Positions 59,901 to 64,000 of a stretch of 64,000 nucleotides of DNA are shown here, one piece after another; the stretch's first letter is position 1, and each line of letters opens with the position of its first letter. This DNA comes from an uncultured archaeon (GTDB lineage Archaea; Thermoplasmatota; Penumbrarchaeia; JASLWR01): contig CAYSHM010000009.1 of assembly GCA_964430885.1 (NCBI GenBank), forward strand, positions 38,703 through 102,702, read 5' to 3'. Under the pieces are notes generated by a model. It made no database searches. It worked only from the letters and a program-made list of their open reading frames with translations, and was not told where the DNA came from. The position numbers and the translations under genes are program-made.

Positions 59901-60866
59901 GATGAAGGCCGACGGCTGGTTATCGATCTTCTTGAAGACCTTGAACCCTCCACCACCTACATCATTGCTCTTGATTCAGGATTGACCGATAAGAACGGAA
60001 CTCGTCTAGATTCTTCGTTTAAGCTTTATATCCATACAATAAAGGATGACGATACAAAAGTGGATGATGACGAATCGTGGTTCCAGTCAAACAAAACCAA
60101 ATTGTTATGGGTTGGTCTTTTGGTTCTTCTCTTCCTGATATTTGCATTCTTCATGCTCCGAAGCGGAAAGAAGAAGGATTATTCATTTGGGGTACCCTGC
60201 CCGCACTGCGGCGAATCCATGCTCAAGGACGAAGCGGTCTGCTGGGCATGCGGTGAGAAGATTGAGGATTCCGATGCTGTAGAGATGGAGGAGCTTCGCT
60301 GTCCCACGTGCGATGCCATAGTAGCTGAGGAGGATAAGGTATGTCTGAGCTGCGGAGAGGAGTTCGAGGATGAGGAGCTCGATGTATTGGAAAAGATCCT
60401 CAAGAAGAGGAAAAAAGAATTGGAATCCGCCCAGGAAGCTGAAGATGAGGACGATGTGGAGGACGAGGACGAAAGTTCCGAGGGTGATGAAGAGGACGAA
60501 TCCATTGATGAGAAAGTGGCTGAGGTTGAAGATGAGAATGCTGAATTAGAAGGCGAGATCGGAGATGAAGAATCGGATGGAATAGAAGATGAGGTTGATG
60601 AGATCGCTGCTGAGGATGCCTCTGATGATGAAGGTGAGGATGAGCCTGAAGGTGTGGGAATAACGGGGTCTGACCAAGATAGAGATGAAGAAACTATTGA
60701 TGCCGCAGCTATTGAAGAAGAGAGTTCAGATACTGAATCCGTTGAAGAGTCGGAATCTCCGTCCGAAACAAGTGTGGAGTCAGAGGATGGGGATGAGGAA
60801 GATGATGACCTAGAAGATGATTTTGACGAATTCGATGAGCTTCTGAGTGACCTTGAGGATTTTTAG
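56901..60866 (+). CDS. Surface protein: beta-helix-like N-terminus, FN3, about six SbsA/Big_5 Ig repeats, TM, two double zinc ribbons, acidic tail
   Basis: AP.+....P....V......I.I.F[SN]E repeats ending FNFTT; CPHCG..CWACG and CPTC..CLSCG. Confidence 0.85.
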   Translation: MRVRNQIMVSAVILILLLSACFPLFSDFSMKKTRSDILLEPGVKKNCRSTRGNINGTWGLGGSPYLVDTNMTVEAGEGLSVEPGVEIIFQGNYTFEVLGELSIEGNYSAYVNITSNNTVPNSSFSRISIGEAGVLNLSYANVSSIQGIVNNGSGVINSSIFNSCSLPITYHGSNTPELVSIMNTSFWASQVSDILLNNSNVSISDVYGSGQSGPSVQFQNAQSKLLDYKSFLVECYRDTGEVMEGADLIIENDTVTIYATSHYQGDDPQTDNEGRTSWINVLTNTSYQSGWENNTVYISIFYSDAGELNVSLDPVHLDTMLPFTIISYQSVLDVFSPEKPLSFELSQLNNTAFNISWEPSLTPDLADHEVFVNNGTGWLSAAIVSSPDNYTHYQSAEEDVNYQVKMRSLDDAGNPSENTTVINLLMADIEAPYVVDFGPTGLDVPRNEDIFIRFSETMDELSVKSFFTIYPTAHHTLTLTENGTLFRASPYQTMTHNTFFNIELASNATDISGNRLLENFTFNFTTVADWQAPVILSWEPTGNNVSRRPDIVIRFNESIDDESFMNGFSIYPDVDGTLFFEQNNKIVTFKPDSNLDYGTTYEVTLAGTISDTSGNAMGQLMTFNFTTVEAPDTTAPTITDWGPTGNNISIWSSISINFSEPMWIWSVYMSVNITPKGEFDFEAGLNGTLFHFHPQKALEGNTRYEVSVSPNAKDEGGNSLLSTFRFNFTTHESDPPLIESSWPSDNARDVPLFTTVVFTFNEPVTLSDSFKVTIAPEIGFNAILNGVNNSVTIIPNSTFEPLTRYTLTIKGVIDIFNNSMTKKVIHFYTGKEEVVENAPVVDRTSPLDGSKDVPLGTPFFVTFLGEISESDINDDNMILKENNSTRINGTLVFEDGFLLLFPLVNLKWDTDYTIIIFGILSHPNKIPMASPYYINFETKPELIVHHEFKMVDNTPLNGSTLDIDKDKIVIWFKFSTSIDKNLALQYISISPVVDFDLSVEDEGRRLVIDLLEDLEPSTTYIIALDSGLTDKNGTRLDSSFKLYIHTIKDDDTKVDDDESWFQSNKTKLLWVGLLVLLFLIFAFFMLRSGKKKDYSFGVPCPHCGESMLKDEAVCWACGEKIEDSDAVEMEELRCPTCDAIVAEEDKVCLSCGEEFEDEELDVLEKILKKRKKELESAQEAEDEDDVEDEDESSEGDEEDESIDEKVAEVEDENAELEGEIGDEESDGIEDEVDEIAAEDASDDEGEDEPEGVGITGSDQDRDEETIDAAAIEEESSDTESVEESESPSETSVESEDGDEEDDDLEDDFDEFDELLSDLEDF

Positions 60867-60937
60867 TAATAATAAACACTGGATTATAAACTTGAATTAA
60901 AAAATCACATCTAAAATTTCATAAACCTAGAAACATA

Positions 60938-63916
60938 TTGAGTCTCATGGTATCCAATGATAACGGCAGTGACACATTTTCATGGGATTTCTCTTATAGG
61001 GATTATGAGGAGTTCTTTCATGGGTATCATGATCTGATGAGATTCAAGATCCAGAATATTCTACTGGTATCAAGTCCTTATGATGCATTCACTTTGGAGG
61101 AAGACGGCAGGCTGTCTGAGCAAATTTTTGGTGAATATAAGGAACTGGGTCTTTCTTTTCCTCCCCGGGTCTACAGCGTCCCTTCCGGAAAGATCGCTCT
61201 TGAAGAGATCAAAAAAACAAATTATGATCTTGTAATCACCATGAGCCAGATATTTGATATGGATCCCAATGTTTTCGGCAGAAGGGCTAAGGGTATAAGG
61301 CCGGAAGTTCCTATAGTCCTTCTCGCAACCGACATGGCTACCCTTTTGAACTATCACGTACCGGGTGACAGAAGGGTCTTTGACAAGGTTTTCCTCTGGT
61401 CCGGAGATTCGGCTTTGTTTCTGGCCATAATAAAATATTTTGAAGATCTGAAAAATGTTGTTGAAGATACTGAAAAAGCTTCTGTGAGAATTATACTAAT
61501 TATTGAGGATTCCGCAAGATACTATTCATCTTTTCTTTCTATAATCTACAAGGAAGTTATGAGACAGACCCAGGAGGTAGCTACCAAGGGTTTGAATGAA
61601 CACGATAAGATGCTTTTAAGAAGAGCAAGGCCCAAAATACTTCTTGCGGAAACCTATGAGGAAGCCAAATGGATTTATGGTAAATATTCCAAGTATATGC
61701 TGGGGTTGATAACCGATATCAGCTTTCCAATGGGAGGGGGGGAAGTAAAAGATGCGGGTTTCATATTCCTGAAAGAGCTTGATGATAGTTTACCTGTACT
61801 ACTTCATTCATCAGAGAAGGCCAATTCAAAAAGAGCTGAAGAATTGGGATTTACCTTTCTAGATAAAAATTCCGAAAATCTGCTAAGGGGAGTTTCAGAT
61901 TTTTTCAATTATGAACTGGGGTTTGGAGATTTCATATTTAGAACGAGAGACGGCAGGGAAATAGCCAGGGCATCTGATGTCAGGGAATTTGTTGGCCTGA
62001 TCAATAATGTTCCTAGCGAATCCATAAGGTTTCATGAAAAAAGATATGAGTTCTCAAGATGGTTATTTGCCAGATGTGAATTTAAATTGGGCAATAAGAT
62101 CAAGAACAAGAGATTCTCCGATTTCAGGTCTGTCAATAAAGTGAGGGAATACCTGATTAATGTAATTAGTAAGAATCGAAGAAAAAAGCAGCTGGGCGTA
62201 ATAACTGATTTCACCCAGCAGAATTTTGAATTTGAGAAGAGCTTCACTCGATACGGCAGCGGCTCCCTTGGCGGCAAGGGCAGGGGTATTGGCTTTCTAT
62301 CAGCCATGCTCAGAATGAGCAGAATAAACAAATCGCATCCTGATTTCAATATTACAATACCAGATACCCTGGTAATAACCACATCCGAGTTTGATAACTT
62401 CATTAAGGACAATGCCCTCCATTTTTTGATAGATGATGATATTGAAGACGAGGAAGTGATGGGGAAATTTGTATCAGGCAAACTTAGAGAAGAACTAGTA
62501 AATTCATTAAATCGATATCTGGAGCATGTAGATGTACCCTTGGCGGTGAGGTCATCAAGTTTGCTTGAAGATTCGCTCCATCAGCCTTTTGCCGGCATAT
62601 ATTCCACCTATTTGCTGCCTAACAATCATAATAGTTTTCATAAACGAATGGTGCACCTTGAAACATCCATCAAACTTGTTTTTGCTTCCGCATATTTCAG
62701 AAGTGCAAAGAATTACATAAAAAGCACTTATCAGAAGGTGGAGGAAGAGAAGATGGCGGTGGTAATTCAGAAATTGGTGGGTGAAAGGTTCGGCCATCGA
62801 TTCTATCCACATTTCTCTGGTGTTGCAGTATCAAAGAATTACTATCCTTTACACCCCTTGAAAAGAGACGAAGGAATATGCAGTCTCGCTGTTGGATTGG
62901 GAAAAATGGTGGTTGATGGAGGCAAGGTACTAAATTTTTCTCCGGAAAAACCCAAGCTTCTCCCAGGTTTTTCAACTGTCAATGAAATACTGCAGAACTC
63001 TCAAAAGGATTTTTATTGTTTAAATCTAGATAATAAGGACTTCGACCTGGAATCTGGAGAGGAGGTCACACTTGATGTTCAAAACATCTCAGAGGCCCTC
63101 AAGGACGGCGTTCTAGATATGATCTCAAGCATTTATGTTCCATCTGATGATATAATCAGGGATGGGCCGCATCATAAAGGGAATCTTTTGATTACCTTTG
63201 CTGGAATTCTAAAATACGATCAGTATCCACTTCCAGATATAATCAAGAAAATAGTAGATATCGGAGTGAAAGGGCTAGGTGGGCCGGTTGAGCTCGAATT
63301 CGCTGTTGCAAAAGACAAGGAAGGCAAACTAGAATTCAATATATTACAGATAAGGCCTATCATATCCACCAGAGAGTACAAGGATGTGGAAATAGATCTG
63401 GAGCAGGATACCGAAGGATTGTTTTTATTGTCGAACAAAGCTTTTGGAAACGGTTTATTCGATGATATTCGGGATATTGTGGTAATTTCCCCAGATGCAA
63501 TGGACCGCAGAGCAACTGTGGAGATAGCACATGAGGTGGATAAAGTAAACCGGGAGCTGGCTTCATCCAAATATTTGCTTATAGGTCCTGGCAGATGGGG
63601 CACTTCGGATAGATGGCTGGGTATACCAGTGAAATGGGATAATATCTGCAATGTAGGTGTAATTGTTGAGACACCTATGCCGGATATCAGTGTAAATCCT
63701 TCTCAAGGATCCCACTTCTTCCACAACCTTACAGCCTTGGGAATCCCATATTTGACAATATCCGAAAAGCCTGATGAGGATATGATCGACTGGGATTGGC
63801 TGAATGAAATAGATCCGGTCTGGCAGGGTGATTATGTTAGACAAATACGATTGGATGCACCCCTGACAGTAAAGGTGGACGGCAAGGCGGGAAAAGGGTT
63901 AGTTAAAAGGATTTAA
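60938..63916 (+). CDS. PEP/pyruvate-binding (PPDK_N) domain protein with N-terminal receiver-like domains
   Basis: ILLVSSPYDAFTLEEDG, GSLGGKGRG, AVRSSSLLEDS, FAGIYST, VELEFA, LQIRP, GPGRWG and SQGSHFFHNL; no PEP-utiliser C-terminal domain. Confidence 0.88.
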   Translation: MSLMVSNDNGSDTFSWDFSYRDYEEFFHGYHDLMRFKIQNILLVSSPYDAFTLEEDGRLSEQIFGEYKELGLSFPPRVYSVPSGKIALEEIKKTNYDLVITMSQIFDMDPNVFGRRAKGIRPEVPIVLLATDMATLLNYHVPGDRRVFDKVFLWSGDSALFLAIIKYFEDLKNVVEDTEKASVRIILIIEDSARYYSSFLSIIYKEVMRQTQEVATKGLNEHDKMLLRRARPKILLAETYEEAKWIYGKYSKYMLGLITDISFPMGGGEVKDAGFIFLKELDDSLPVLLHSSEKANSKRAEELGFTFLDKNSENLLRGVSDFFNYELGFGDFIFRTRDGREIARASDVREFVGLINNVPSESIRFHEKRYEFSRWLFARCEFKLGNKIKNKRFSDFRSVNKVREYLINVISKNRRKKQLGVITDFTQQNFEFEKSFTRYGSGSLGGKGRGIGFLSAMLRMSRINKSHPDFNITIPDTLVITTSEFDNFIKDNALHFLIDDDIEDEEVMGKFVSGKLREELVNSLNRYLEHVDVPLAVRSSSLLEDSLHQPFAGIYSTYLLPNNHNSFHKRMVHLETSIKLVFASAYFRSAKNYIKSTYQKVEEEKMAVVIQKLVGERFGHRFYPHFSGVAVSKNYYPLHPLKRDEGICSLAVGLGKMVVDGGKVLNFSPEKPKLLPGFSTVNEILQNSQKDFYCLNLDNKDFDLESGEEVTLDVQNISEALKDGVLDMISSIYVPSDDIIRDGPHHKGNLLITFAGILKYDQYPLPDIIKKIVDIGVKGLGGPVELEFAVAKDKEGKLEFNILQIRPIISTREYKDVEIDLEQDTEGLFLLSNKAFGNGLFDDIRDIVVISPDAMDRRATVEIAHEVDKVNRELASSKYLLIGPGRWGTSDRWLGIPVKWDNICNVGVIVETPMPDISVNPSQGSHFFHNLTALGIPYLTISEKPDEDMIDWDWLNEIDPVWQGDYVRQIRLDAPLTVKVDGKAGKGLVKRI

Positions 63917-64000
63917 ACATGTTCATTTCTCATTTTCTTTTAGTTCAGTTATTCCTCTAAATATCTAATATATATACCTCGAAATTAGCTCTATTTGAAG

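Overview
Archaeal chromosomal DNA, probably Thermoplasmatota (inferred from GGTGA-type Shine-Dalgarno sites, a long archaeal PheS, an A-type ATP synthase and the style of the surface proteins). The window opens with a partial MBL-fold hydrolase and an A/V-type ATP synthase cluster H-I-K-E-C-F that has no A, B or D. Its c-subunit carries a signal peptide and an extracellular DxDxDG Ca-binding module. About half of the window encodes large secreted, C-terminally membrane-anchored modular proteins (Kelch, PPC-like, PA14, CARDB, GHL10, beta-helix/LamG/PKD, Big_5). Scattered housekeeping and metabolic genes include an aminotransferase, an FAD oxidoreductase, pheS, rtcA, flavodoxin, a GT4, an isochorismatase, a Mo-oxidoreductase, an ECF-S/DUF4430 fusion and a PPDK_N-receiver protein. 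Best candidate for an undescribed system: at two independent loci a ~65-aa three-helix repeat is split across a gene boundary. A membrane protein ends with helices A+B and the next, soluble rod+Ig protein starts with helix C, which suggests spectrin-like complementation. Recurrent acidic-Trp cytoplasmic tails and a recurrent x-R-[A/G/S] motif after signal peptides accompany this. No tRNA, rRNA, CRISPR array or transposase was seen. Family assignments are from motif recognition only; no searches were run.
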